64,000 nt of DNA, taken from NCBI GenBank assembly GCA_963813715.1, contig CAWFAK010000005.1, forward strand, positions 1,120,001 to 1,184,000, given 5' to 3'. Source of the DNA: an uncultured Planctomycetaceae bacterium (GTDB lineage: Bacteria > Planctomycetota > Planctomycetia > Planctomycetales > Planctomycetaceae). The notes beneath the pieces are model-generated. The model was not told the origin of the DNA. It saw nothing but the letters and a program-made list of their open reading frames with translations, and ran no database searches. The translations under genes and the position numbers were made by a program. Shown in pieces: positions 24,523-35,876 of this stretch. Numbering within the stretch: the stretch's first letter is position 1; each line of letters starts with the position of its first letter.

Positions 24523-25986
24523 TTGAAGTGGTCCGTGCTACCGGCTGTTTTCGCCGCCCTGCTCGCGCCGGGCTGCGCGATCATTCAGATCGGGGTCACC
24601 AATCCGATCCCCGGTTTGTCGACCGTGGCTGTTGCGCCGTTTCTGAACCTGAGCGCGGAACGGGCCACCGACGGTCGCCGATTTGCCCTCGCGTACGCCA
24701 CCGAGTTGCAAAAGGTCCCGGGCTTCGAGGTCGTGCCCGTCGGCGTGACCGAGACAGCGATGGTCGACGCCAAGATCGATCTCAACGACGTCGACGACGT
24801 GCTGAAACTGGCCAAAGTGCTGCGGGTTGATGCCGTCGTCGTCGGCGCGATCACCGATTATTCGCCCTACTATCCGCCCCGCATCGGTCTGCAGGTGAAC
24901 TGGTATTCGCCGCGCCCGTGGGCCTTCTATCCGGGAATCCAAACCGAGCCGCAAACACGCCAGCAGCTGAACGACTGGGATAAGCAACAGCTGGACGATT
25001 ATCACGAAAACCAGCGACGTGTGCTCAACTCCTGCGCTCCGGAAACGCCGTTCTGGCAGCGTATGTACAACTGCTTCAAGACGTGGCCGGGAGTCCGCAA
25101 CCTGTACGGAGAGCCGTCACTGGCGCTCAACAGTCCGTTCAGCAGCCCGCTGGGTTACGACCCACGGCTGGTCTGGCGGGCCCAATCGCCATTGTACGAT
25201 TCGCCTTATGGGGCCGCGGAAGCGATGTCCCCCGACGGCACGCCGGCCGGTCCGCTGACCAAAGTCGCCCATTACCAGGAAGCGAACGCCACGCAGGAAA
25301 TTGTGCCGTCGGGGCTGAGCAGCTCGACTCCGCCAATGCCGTTACAGAACTCCGATCAGAAGCTGGTGCCGGTGCCGCGCGGCGGCGCGGATGGACAGGA
25401 CGACGATCCCGATGGGGACGACCCCGACCGGCCCGACGCCAAGCAGAAGTCGCAGCACACGGTTCCACCGCTTCCGGCGCCCGCTCATTCTCCCCGAGCT
25501 CTGCCTGAGCCCCGCGGACTGGGGGCGTTCGGCGATGGGGCAGGGGGCCTGCTGGGCGAACCCTTCGCACCCGAATCATCGTTCACGCCGCCGGTGCCTG
25601 GGATTTTGGGGTCCTCCGCGGATCCACTGCCGATGGACAACGGTCCGCCAAAATTGGCGATCAAGAACCCATGCCTGGCTCCGCTGCCCCCGCAACCGAA
25701 CCCGTTTAACGCGGCCCAGCCGATTCAGCCCTGGCAGCTCGATCCTCATCAGCCGTTGATGTCGTACACGCGAATCTTCGATGGGGCGGATGGCGAGCTG
25801 GTGGCGGCCCTGCGCGACTATGTCGAGTTGAACGGCGACCTCAGGAGCGGCGGTTGGGAGGAATACCTGCACCGCAGCGAGGATTACATCCGTTTCTGCT
25901 CGTATCGCATGATCCTGGAGATGCTGTCGCTGCACGGCGGGGAAGGAAAGCATCGCCTGGTTTTGAAGTTCCGAAAATACAAATAG
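24523..25986 (+). CDS. Hypothetical lipoprotein
   Basis: LLAPGC lipobox; VAVAPFLNLS and DAVVVGAITDYSPYYPPRIG (CsgG-like alpha/beta pattern); Pro-rich middle. Confidence 0.7.
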   Translation: MKWSVLPAVFAALLAPGCAIIQIGVTNPIPGLSTVAVAPFLNLSAERATDGRRFALAYATELQKVPGFEVVPVGVTETAMVDAKIDLNDVDDVLKLAKVLRVDAVVVGAITDYSPYYPPRIGLQVNWYSPRPWAFYPGIQTEPQTRQQLNDWDKQQLDDYHENQRRVLNSCAPETPFWQRMYNCFKTWPGVRNLYGEPSLALNSPFSSPLGYDPRLVWRAQSPLYDSPYGAAEAMSPDGTPAGPLTKVAHYQEANATQEIVPSGLSSSTPPMPLQNSDQKLVPVPRGGADGQDDDPDGDDPDRPDAKQKSQHTVPPLPAPAHSPRALPEPRGLGAFGDGAGGLLGEPFAPESSFTPPVPGILGSSADPLPMDNGPPKLAIKNPCLAPLPPQPNPFNAAQPIQPWQLDPHQPLMSYTRIFDGADGELVAALRDYVELNGDLRSGGWEEYLHRSEDYIRFCSYRMILEMLSLHGGEGKHRLVLKFRKYK

Positions 25987-26190
25987 CCGGCGCCGCCCGA
26001 CGGCCGATATCAGAGGAGGCAATTCCCGTGCGCGCGTATCGTACCTCCCCCTGTGCCGACTCAGGCCGAGTTCGGAGCTTGGGGTGCCGCCCGGGAACGC
26101 CCGGCAACGCCAGCCAGTCGACGTCATCCGATTCGTCGGACGAGCGGCGAGTGCCGGACTGTTCCAGGTCAATCGGGGAGGCTGACCTCT

Positions 26191-26424
26191 GTGGAACGCG
26201 GGATGAACGTGCTGGCGCTCGTCAAGGGGAGCGAGCGCTACGTCTTCTTGTACGACGACGAAAGCCATCGCGCGTTGCTGCAGACGATGGGCCGCTTTGC
26301 GGCGGACGCCGACCTGAGCTTCACCTGGTATGACGCCGCGGTGCTCAGCCAGAAGGTCCGCCGCCTCCGCGATGAGCAACGCACCCAGGCGGCGACGCCG
26401 CAACGGTTTCCCGACCTGACGTAA
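26191..26424 (+). CDS. Small hypothetical protein
   Basis: GGGGAGG then GTG; NVLALVKGSERYVFLYDD...LSFTWYDAAVLSQK; GC3-rich codons. Confidence 0.75.
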   Translation: MERGMNVLALVKGSERYVFLYDDESHRALLQTMGRFAADADLSFTWYDAAVLSQKVRRLRDEQRTQAATPQRFPDLT

Positions 26425-26531
26425 GCCGTGCGCGGGCGTCCAGTCGGTCGCCACGACCTCGCGAGCCCGCCTGACGTTTGCCCGCCTCGGCAGTGCGCCG
26501 CCGCAGCGAATCGGTCGCGCAAGAGTGAGCG

Positions 26532-27587
<1,056 letters not shown>

Positions 27588-27890
27588 CGGCCCCCGGCAG
27601 GCTCTCAGAAGCTGCAGAGGGCCAACCCCGTCGCGAGCCGAGTAGCCCAGGGCCGCTGAGCGAAGACCGACAGCAAGCTGTCGGCTTGGGAAAGTGTGCG
27701 ACTCAAGCGACTGAGCCGGACGCCCAATCTGCCACCGCTGACGCCACGAGATCGTACGCGCCCGAAGCAACGGGTTGCGCGTCACGTGCCAGTCTGCAGT
27801 CAACTTCCCCCGGCGACTACCCGCGGCGAACGACCTCGTTCGCCCAGCGGGCCCAACCGCCCCCGGGTGCAGGGGCCACGCCCCTGCCTG

Positions 27891-29787
27891 CTAGTCTTTG
27901 TAGAACTTGGTGAGTTCGGTGTACGTGAGCGGTTCTTTGATCGAGTCGGCCGTGAGGCGGACGCCGAAGCGGTGGTTGCCTTCGGCTCGGGCTCGGACGT
28001 GGACGCGGTAGATCGCCGCTTTGCCCGGCTCGAGCAGCGGCAGCGGCCGGAACGTCAACTGGTCCTTGGACTGGGCGACGGTTGTCGCGCCTTCGGTGCG
28101 GACCAGCTCGAGCACGGCCGGCAGATCGCAGGCGACACAGACGTTTTCGGCCGCCTTCGAGCCGTCGTTGCGGACATGGATTTCAAATCCCGTCTCGACA
28201 CCGACTTCCACCGGATCGCTTTGTTTGAGGATTTCGACGGCCAGCGAGGCCACGCCGTCGACGACCGTGTCCAATTTCAGCTCGCAGCGAGCCCCCTGCT
28301 CGGAGACGGCCGCCACAGCGTGTTGGCAGTGCCCGATCTGCGTGCTGGCCAGCTCGAGCTTGACCGGCGTCGATTTTCCGACGTCGAGGTGATCGAGGTG
28401 CCAGGTGACCGTCCGGGACAGCTCGTCAAATTCGCCACCCTGGTCGGCCCGCACGAAGCGGAATCCTTCCGGCACGACATGCGTGACGCGGATGTTGTTG
28501 AGCGGAGCGCCGCCGTCGTTGGTGACGGTCGACACGTAGTGGGCCTTGCGTCCGACGTAGCGGAAAGTCGGCCCGTCGACCGCGACTTTGAGACTCGGCG
28601 CGATGACATGAATGTGAGCAGCGAACTCGCGGTGCAGATCGTTTTCGGCCGAGGCGTGTACGGTGATTTCCTGCTCGCCACCCACGACGGCGATCAACGG
28701 CAGCCGCACGACGCGGGATTCGCCCGGATTGAGCGAGCCAACCTGCACGATCAGCTGTTCGCCTCGGGCGGCCTCTAGACCCTTGGTGAGGCGGGCTTCG
28801 ATCGCCACGTGGTGGGCGACTCCCGTGCCGGGGTTATTGACGGTGATCGTCTGGGTGGCCGGATCGCCAACCATCAATTCTTTCGGCCCGCGGACGGCGA
28901 TCGCCAGCAGCGGCTCTTCGACAGTGAAGGTGTTGGAGGCGGCCGAGCTGAACCGCACGGAGGCCGTCGTCGCCAGTTCGCCGCGGCGGCTGGGGACCAG
29001 CTTGATGTGAATCACCCGTTCTTCGGCACCGCCCAGCGAGGCGAACGACCAGGTGACATGGTCCTGGTTGTCGGCCGGCATCGGGTCGGCGTGTGTCAGG
29101 CGGACGGTCGGCGGGAAAAAGGCGTCGACCATGAGGTCGCGAGCCGGCGTATTGCCGGTGTTTTTCACGACCAGGTCGCACTGGCATTCCAATCCGACGA
29201 CGATCGGCGATTTCTTGACCCATTGCAGGCAGATCGTCGGTGCGTGCGAGGCGTCGAGTCCACCGACCGCACCCGAGGCGACCCCCGCGGACGACGCGCC
29301 GTGAGCTGACGAAGCGGCGGGCAGCGTCGGCTCGGTCCCCCAGTCGGACGACTTGGACGGGTTGGCGTGTGCGCTGCTCGGTTCGTCAAACGGAGAAGCG
29401 CTGGCGGCCGGGTGATGGCTCGCCGCCTGAGCGGCCTGAGCGGCATGCGTTGTCGCGGCGGCGGACGGTTGGGCAGCCGCTGGTTTTCGCGTGGCCCCTT
29501 GAACGGAGAACGATGAGTGGTTCGGCGACCGCCGGCGTCGCGGTCGGGGCCGGAACTGGTTCGCTGGCGAAGGGATCGAACGCCGGCGACTTGGGAGCCG
29601 TGCTGATCGGATCCGTCAGGCTCACGCCGGGCGACCGCGTGGCCGGCGGCGCAGTTGGCGCGGCTGTCGGCTCGGCGGGAGGCAAATTCGGTGGCGGTGT
29701 GAACGCGTCTCCCTCGACGGCGACGGCCAGACTGCCGGCCGAGGCGGCCAAGATACATGATGCGACTATTTTCGAGACGTTTCGCAT
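27891..29787 (-). CDS. DUF11-repeat (OmcB-like) secreted protein (frameshifts in the low-complexity N-terminus)
   Basis: Repeated beta modules VKNTGNTPARDL, VNNPGTGVAHHV, VTNDGGAPLNNI, VRNDGSKAAENV; signal peptide MRNVSKIVASCILAA. Confidence 0.8.
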
Positions 29788-30003
29788 CCCACAACTCCTT
29801 CGCGGACGAACCAATCGCACTGACCGAGTGCCATCGTTTCCACAAAATGGCTTGTCAATCTGTATCGGCCGTAGGGGTCGTAGGACATGAGCGGAGCAAA
29901 AATCGCGAAGCGCTGCGAGAGGCTTTGGGTTCTCGCTGCAGACGAAGCCGCAAAAAACGCACGCGCGCCAACGTTGTGCGCGCAAAGCAAATGCCGACCC
30001 TCC

Positions 30004-30792
30004 TCAGCGCGAGGGACGCTGCGCGAGTTCCGCTCGGGCGGCGGCGATTGTTTGCATCGTGCCTTTCCGCAGCAGCACGAAGTCAGCCCCCACGAGGAGC
30101 CATTGCACGCCGCGGTGAGCCCAGTCGGCCAACTCACTTGGTTCGGCGCTGCTGCCCAGGCCGACGAACTTGTTGGCCGCGCGAGCGCGCTTAATGACGA
30201 CATCAATCGCCTTTTGCACGTCAGGGTGGTCGTAGCGGCCGATGTGGCCCATCGAGCCGGCGAGATCGTTCGGACCGATCACGATGCCCGACAGCCCGTC
30301 GGTCGCCAGAATCGCGTCGAGATTTTTGACGGCGTCAGCGTGCTCGATCTGCACGTTGACCATGATCGATTCGTCGGCCGCCTGACAGAAGGCGGGGCCG
30401 GTGTCGCGACCGTATCGGCTCGCACGGCGCGGCCCGAAGCCGCGGATGCCCTTGGGGGGATAGCGGCACGCGGCGACGGCGAGGGCTGCCTCCTCGGCCG
30501 TCCGAATCAACGGCACGATCATCGCCGGGGCGCCATTGTCGAGCACCGGCTTGATCAGCACCGGGTCGTTCCAGGCGACGCGGACCAGCGGAAAGGCCGA
30601 CGTTCCTTTGACCGCCATCAGGTGCGATTGAATCGTCTCGAGCGTCAGCGGACCGTGCTCGGCGTCGATCCAGACAAAGTCGAGCTCGCCGGCCAACAGC
30701 TCGGTGATCGCCGGGTCGTTGAACGTGATGGCTGTGCCGAAGCAGACTTCGCCGCGCAGCATTTTTTCGCGAAAGGGATCGAGGGTGAGCAT
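30004..30792 (-). CDS. HpcH/HpaI aldolase family protein
   Basis: DFVWIDAEHG, VRV, RYPPKGIRG, QIE, IGPNDL. Confidence 0.9.
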   Translation of the reverse strand: MLTLDPFREKMLRGEVCFGTAITFNDPAITELLAGELDFVWIDAEHGPLTLETIQSHLMAVKGTSAFPLVRVAWNDPVLIKPVLDNGAPAMIVPLIRTAEEAALAVAACRYPPKGIRGFGPRRASRYGRDTGPAFCQAADESIMVNVQIEHADAVKNLDAILATDGLSGIVIGPNDLAGSMGHIGRYDHPDVQKAIDVVIKRARAANKFVGLGSSAEPSELADWAHRGVQWLLVGADFVLLRKGTMQTIAAARAELAQRPSR

Positions 30793-30953
30793 GAGGGCTC
30801 CGGCAGTTTGACGGGCGGGGTGGTCCGGTGATTTCGCGCGTCGGTTGTCGACGGCTCTGGTCCTCTTTATTGTCCAGCCATCGGTCGAATTCAATCGAGG
30901 CGCCAGTTTCAATCGAGGCCCCAGTGCTCGTCGCCCAATGGAGCGAGGCCCGC

Positions 30954-31576
30954 GTGGACATTCGCGAGTTACGGCCATCGGAATTTGTCGCGGCGGCCCG
31001 GCTGCTGACCCCGCGATGCACGAGAATCCGATCGACGTCGCCGTCTTCGGCCCGGACCCGGATCGCCGCCAGCGCGTGCTGTTTCCTTTCTTTCGCCGCG
31101 AGCTGACGGGGCTTGCCGGGCGGGGCCTGTTGATCGGCGCCTTCGACGCGTCCGTCATGCAAGGCGTCTGTTGCATGGCCCGACCGGGCCGCTGTCAGCC
31201 GACGTTCGGCGAAAAAGTGCGAATGATCGGCACACTGACGGCCAGCGGCGCGCTCGACGCGATGCCACGGCTGGCGGGCTTTGTGGGCGAGTGGGCACGC
31301 CATGATCCGAAACAGCCACATTGGCACGTGGGTCCCGTCGGCGTCGATCCGCAGTCGCAGGGTCGGGGCGTCGGCAGCGCGCTCATCGCCGACTTTTGTC
31401 GCCGCATGGATGACGCCGGCGACTTCGCCTATCTGGAGACGGACAAGCGCGAGAACGTGCCGTTCTACGAGAAGCACGGCTTCAAAGTCGTGCACGACGG
31501 ACCTGTGCTCGGCCTGCAGAACTGGTACATGTCGCGGCAAGCGCGGCGGGGCAAGACCGCATCGCCTCCCGAATGA
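30954..31576 (+). CDS. GNAT N-acetyltransferase (frameshift near 31010)
   Basis: HWHVGPVGVDPQSQGRGVGSAL, AYLET, NVPFYEKHGF. Confidence 0.85.
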
Positions 31577-31608
31577 TTGCAAGGTGGGAATCGATCGCTC
31601 TCGCGTGT

Positions 31609-32736
31609 TCAGACGGCGGCCGCCTTGCGTGTCTTGCCGAACACTGCTTTGTTGAGCGCGGGCATCAGCTCGTTCTGGTACAGCTCGAGGCTGCGGAGCC
31701 AGGCGTCCTTGTCGTCCCAGTCGTAGCTCATCGTGACGAGCGAACCGATGGGGCCCGTCTCCTCGATCAGCGCCAGCAGCCGGCCCAGCACGTGATCGAC
31801 GTCCCCCGCCAGAATCTGCTCCGACATCAAATAGTCGAGCTGGCAGTCGGCGTCGCTCATGTTGGGGTCGCGCTTGTAGATGCGGCGGCCCAGGCCTTTG
31901 TCGAACAGGCGGCCGATGTACTGGTAGTTCTTGCCGAGTGAATTCGTGCGGGCTCGCTCTTGGGCCTCGCGGGTGGTGTCGGCCAGGAAGATCGAGCGGG
32001 CCACTTTGAACTTCGAACGCTCGGCCGGGCGATCGGCTTCGTGGGCCGCCTTCTCGTAGGTCTTCCACAAGTCGGCCACAACGTTGCCGGCGATCAGACA
32101 GTGGGCGAACGGGTTGAAGCCCATCCGGCCCGCGTATTTCATGCTGTACGAATCACGGCTCATGCCGGGAATCGAGATCGGCGGATGCGGCTGCTGCAGC
32201 GGCTTGTGGATGTAGCCGATGCCCGTTTCCTCGTCGACGGTTTTGCTGAGCCGCACGGTCCAATACTTGCCCTCGATCTCGTAGGGCGGGTCGTTCGCCC
32301 AGAGCTTGAGGATCATGTCGGCCGCCTCAAAGCTCATCGCGCCGCCGTCTTTGGGGTCGACGCCGAACAGTTCCTGGTCGGAGGTGACGCTGCCCGGGCC
32401 GAAGCACAGGTTGAGGCGGCCCTTCGACAGGTGATCGAGAAATGCCAGCCGGCCGGCAACGTGGGCCGGATGATGCTGCTGCAGGCAGACCGGCGCCGGT
32501 CCCATGCGGATGTTTTGTGTTTCGCCCAGAGCGCGGCCGATGAAGATTTCGGGCATCACGATCGGCTCGTATTTCATCGTGTGATGCTCGCCGATCCAGA
32601 ACTCCTCGATGCCCAGCTCGTCGGCCCGGACGATGAGCTCGAGGTCTTCGTCGAAGCTCTGCGCGAGGGGCTTGGACGGATCGTGATACGGCATGATGAA
32701 CACGCCGGACTGGATGTGATCGAAGCGCTCGGTCAT
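31609..32736 (-). CDS. LLM-class flavin-dependent oxidoreductase
   Basis: FIMPYH, ADELGIEEFWIGEHH, HHPAHVAGRLAFLDHLSKGRL. Confidence 0.9.
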   Translation of the reverse strand: MTERFDHIQSGVFIMPYHDPSKPLAQSFDEDLELIVRADELGIEEFWIGEHHTMKYEPIVMPEIFIGRALGETQNIRMGPAPVCLQQHHPAHVAGRLAFLDHLSKGRLNLCFGPGSVTSDQELFGVDPKDGGAMSFEAADMILKLWANDPPYEIEGKYWTVRLSKTVDEETGIGYIHKPLQQPHPPISIPGMSRDSYSMKYAGRMGFNPFAHCLIAGNVVADLWKTYEKAAHEADRPAERSKFKVARSIFLADTTREAQERARTNSLGKNYQYIGRLFDKGLGRRIYKRDPNMSDADCQLDYLMSEQILAGDVDHVLGRLLALIEETGPIGSLVTMSYDWDDKDAWLRSLELYQNELMPALNKAVFGKTRKAAAV

Positions 32737-32859
32737 CCGGGTTCCTTCGCGTGAGGAGGCGAGAGGGGAGGCTTCCTACCGGTGGGCGACGAGGCGATCA
32801 GTGCGGCAAATCGAAGGAGATTCACTGTACATTCGCCCGGAGGGGGTCACAAGCACTGG

Positions 32860-32964
32860 GTGCCACGGGTGCTCTTCGAGCGCGCGGCATGATGCCGTTC
32901 AGTTCACCAACGGTCTTTAGCAGTCGTAAGAGCACGGCTGAGTCGAGGCACTCAGCCGTGGCAC
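32860..32964. repeat. REP-like palindromic element (GTGCCACGG...CCGTGGCAC)
   Basis: Inverted ends at 32860-32868 and 32956-32964; internal hairpin cacggctgagt...actcagccgtg. Confidence 0.55.
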
Positions 32965-33040
32965 TCGAATGCGAAATGAAACCTGTAAGCCGCTACGGCG
33001 ACTTGTCAGATCTGAGCAAATCGGAGGCAACTATCGGACC

Positions 33041-33069
33041 TTGCAGGGGTTGGGGGTGTCAGATATGTT
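33041..33069 (+). promoter_or_regulatory. Candidate sigma70 promoter of tRNA-His
   Basis: TTGCAG-17 nt-TATGTT ending just upstream of the tRNA. Confidence 0.45.
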
Positions 33070-33086
33070 GTGCGCCGTTAACCCAT

Positions 33087-33161
33087 GGTGGGTATAGCTC
33101 AGTTGGTTAGAGCGTCGGTCTGTGGCACCGAAGGTCGCGGGTTCGAGTCCCGTTACCCACC
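33087..33161 (+). tRNA. tRNA-His (GUG), with encoded G-1 and no encoded CCA
   Basis: Acceptor GTGGGTA/TACCCAC, D-arm, anticodon arm TCGGT-CTGTGGC-ACCGA, T-loop GGTTCGAGTCC, discriminator C. Confidence 0.97.
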
Positions 33162-33442
33162 CGTTTTGTTTTTATAGAGTGGACAGCCGCATCGGATCGC
33201 GGCTTCGCACGAGACGCTCGCCTGCCACGAACAATCGCCGCCCCCTGAATAACTGACGCCGGCCCGCTTTTGACGGCAGCACGGCGCTCGCCTGCCGCGA
33301 ACTGGCCCCCACCCAAAACGACGTTTCCGGCCCGATAACTTCCCCAGCAATTTGTCAGAATCCGTCCCTCGGCCGGCGGACGCCGGTCCATCCCGCGCTC
33401 TAGAATGACAGCGGGTCGATACGGAAGCGGGAACAGAGCCTG

Positions 33443-34414
33443 ATGGGCACGTTGATCGAATGGGCGGCGTTCAACGTCTTCCTGATCGTGCTCGTCGCGA
33501 TTGATCTGGGCGTCTTCAGCCGCAAAGCCCACGTCATCCACGTCCGCGAGGCCATGATCCGCTCGGCCATCTGGGTGGCGGCGGCACTGGCTTTTGCCGG
33601 CTTCATGTGGTGGCGCAAAGGGGCGGGCTCTGCCCTCAACTACCTCAACGGCTACCTCGTCGAGGAAGTGCTCAGCGTCGACAACCTGTTCGTGATGCTG
33701 ATCATTTTTTCGTACTTCCAAGTGCCGCGGCATCACCAGCATCGCGTTTTGCTCTGGGGCATCTTCGGCGCGCTCGTGATGCGGGGCGTGTTCATCGTTT
33801 GCGGCGTCGAAGCGATCGAGCGGTTTCACTGGCTGCTTTATCCGCTGGGAGCCTTGCTTGTCTACACCGCCCTCAAGCTGCTGGTGAGCGAGGAGCAGTA
33901 CGATCCCGAACGCAACTGGTTCCTCCGTTTTTCGCGGCGTTACCTGCCCATCACGAAGACGTACTGCAAGGACCATTTCTTCACCCGCGTCGACGGCCGT
34001 TGGATGATGACGCCGCTGTTCGTGGTGCTGTGGGTGATCAACACGACCGATCTGCTCTTCGCCATCGACTCCGTGCCGGCGGTCATTGGCGTGGTCAAAC
34101 CGCCCGACGCGTTCATCGTTTACTCGTCGAACGCGTTCGCCATCGTCGGCCTCCGCAGCCTGTACTTCGCCCTGGCGGGCATGATGGACGCGTTCCATTT
34201 CCTGCGGTACGGCCTGGCGGCCATCCTGGCGTTCGTCGGCGTCAAAATGATGATCGACAAATGGGTCGACGTGCCGAACTGGATCGTGCTGGCCACCGTC
34301 GGCGGCTGTCTGGGAATCTCGATCGGCGCCTCGCTGCTGTTCAAGAAGCCCGAGGCGCCCCCCGAAGGCGAATCCCTCGGCACCACGGGCGAGCGGGTTG
34401 AGACGGCCGGCTAG
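33443..34414 (+). CDS. TerC/Alx family membrane protein
   Basis: GYLVEEVLSVDNLFV, QHRVLLWGIFGALVMRG, DLLFAIDSVPA, SNAFAIVGLRSLYF. Confidence 0.93.
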   Translation: MGTLIEWAAFNVFLIVLVAIDLGVFSRKAHVIHVREAMIRSAIWVAAALAFAGFMWWRKGAGSALNYLNGYLVEEVLSVDNLFVMLIIFSYFQVPRHHQHRVLLWGIFGALVMRGVFIVCGVEAIERFHWLLYPLGALLVYTALKLLVSEEQYDPERNWFLRFSRRYLPITKTYCKDHFFTRVDGRWMMTPLFVVLWVINTTDLLFAIDSVPAVIGVVKPPDAFIVYSSNAFAIVGLRSLYFALAGMMDAFHFLRYGLAAILAFVGVKMMIDKWVDVPNWIVLATVGGCLGISIGASLLFKKPEAPPEGESLGTTGERVETAG

Positions 34415-34448
34415 TCGGTGACCGGCTGGTGCGGACGCGAATTCGAGG

Positions 34449-34953
34449 CGTCCCGTCCGAATCAATCCCGTCCCAGTCCCGACGGTTCGAGTCCCGTCCC
34501 ACTCTTTAGTCCCTGCCCGGGGTCATTTCGGCTGGGGAGGAGCCGGGGGCGTGAGGGGCGATTTTGCCGGGGATTTCTCAGTGAAACAACGTGTCCCGTC
34601 CCGTCCCACCGCGGGGTGGGCCGACTCAAGCCGGCGTCCCGCGTCCAATTCCGACGGGAGGGTCTCGATTCCGATCTCCCTGTCGCCCGAGAACGGTCCG
34701 AGGCGATTTCGCCGGGATTTTCTCGGTGAAACAATGTGTCCCGTCCCAGGGTCCCACGTCCGGTGGGGCAGACTCAAGCGGGTGTCCCGATTGCGAGTCG
34801 TTCCCAAGCCGAGGTGGTGGGGCATTTTCCCTTAGTGAAAAAGGATCCCCCACCAGCAGGGATCTCTTTTGCCCCACGGCGAAATTTAATCCCCACCGCC
34901 GCGCCCCGTCCGATCCCGACTATGCAACGAGCGAAACCCGTGTCCCGTCCCAC
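34449..34953 (+). repeat. Cluster of GTCCCGTCCC motifs with two imperfect ~85-bp direct repeats (34557-34641, 34702-34789)
   Basis: Direct alignment: ggcgattt..gccggg..tttctc.gtgaaacaa.gtgtcccgtccc...gtggg...gactcaagc.gg.gtcccg. Confidence 0.8.
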
Positions 34954-35168
34954 CGTCCAGATGTTGTTCGGCACCGGCGCGCACCCCGAACGACTCCGCC
35001 ACAAGCGGCTTCAGTCAACCTACCGCGCCGAGCAGCGGGCAAAGAACCCCGAGTTTCTACGCGCCTGGAAACAACTCGGAAAATTTCCGACGGCGGCGAG
35101 TGAGAGTTCCCCAGGGACCTGCCCTCGAGGCTGGTCAGGCGGTGTCCACCGCAGTCCGTTCGCCACGG

Positions 35169-35609
35169 TCACCGGTTCAAGTACATCAGTGCGTCGTACG
35201 CCAGCAGTCCGAGGAATTTCAGAGCGATATTCCAGATGACCGCCTCAGTTAAGTTGAGCGGCTCAGACCTGAGGGACGAGAAGGCGTCGATGCAAAGCCA
35301 GATCAAGAAGAGTGCGAAGACAAAGGGGTACAGCCTCCTCAGCCAATTTTGGCGAGAGATGCTGCTGGGACGGCAGTCGGGGCATTCGATTCCGATCGGC
35401 CCGATCTCTGAGAGTCGCCAGAGCGGATCGTATGCGTGTTGGCGACGAAGCAGCGAGGCAACGAGCGCATACACCACCAAGCCGAACCAGGGCTCAACAC
35501 CACCCGCCATGTAGGGGAGCGACCCGACGACCCCAAGCGCGACAAAGCCCGCAAAAATCCAATTGACTGAGCGTTCGCGAGCCGATGGGATCGATTGCGC
35601 GTTTGTCAT
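35169..35609 (-). CDS. Hypothetical membrane protein
   Basis: ORF with about four hydrophobic segments and one CxxC; no family recognised. Confidence 0.4.
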   Translation of the reverse strand: MTNAQSIPSARERSVNWIFAGFVALGVVGSLPYMAGGVEPWFGLVVYALVASLLRRQHAYDPLWRLSEIGPIGIECPDCRPSSISRQNWLRRLYPFVFALFLIWLCIDAFSSLRSEPLNLTEAVIWNIALKFLGLLAYDALMYLNR

Positions 35610-35700
35610 TCGCACGTTCCTTCGATCGCGGCTGCCCTTTAAATACCCGACAAACTCGGCCCAGTGACGTCCAGAATTGGCGAGAGCCGCGACCGGAGGT

Positions 35701-35805
35701 TGTCTCACCCCGTTGGGACTCAAGACGGGCCGCATTGGTTCGGCGAGATCCCAGGCCTGCGCTGCGCTCCGACCTGGGCTATAAATGTCTCGCCCCGTTG
35801 GGGCT
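35701..35805. repeat. REP-like element between amidohydrolase and hypothetical gene
   Basis: tgtctc(a/g)ccccgttggg(a/g)ct at 35701-35720 and 35786-35805, around hairpin cccagg...cctggg. Confidence 0.6.
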
Positions 35806-35876
35806 AAAGGCCCGGGTCAACACCGTCGGCGTGCCCGGGCTGCGCTATCGACTCTCGTCCCGCCCAGGTCTCTGCC

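Noticed and set aside
33165..33442. yybP-ykoY riboswitch upstream of the TerC gene
   Set aside because: I could not find the characteristic GGGGAGUA-type consensus or a convincing fold by eye.
34449..34953. CRISPR array
   Set aside because: Only two long degenerate units, irregular spacing and no cas genes; kept as a dispersed repeat instead.
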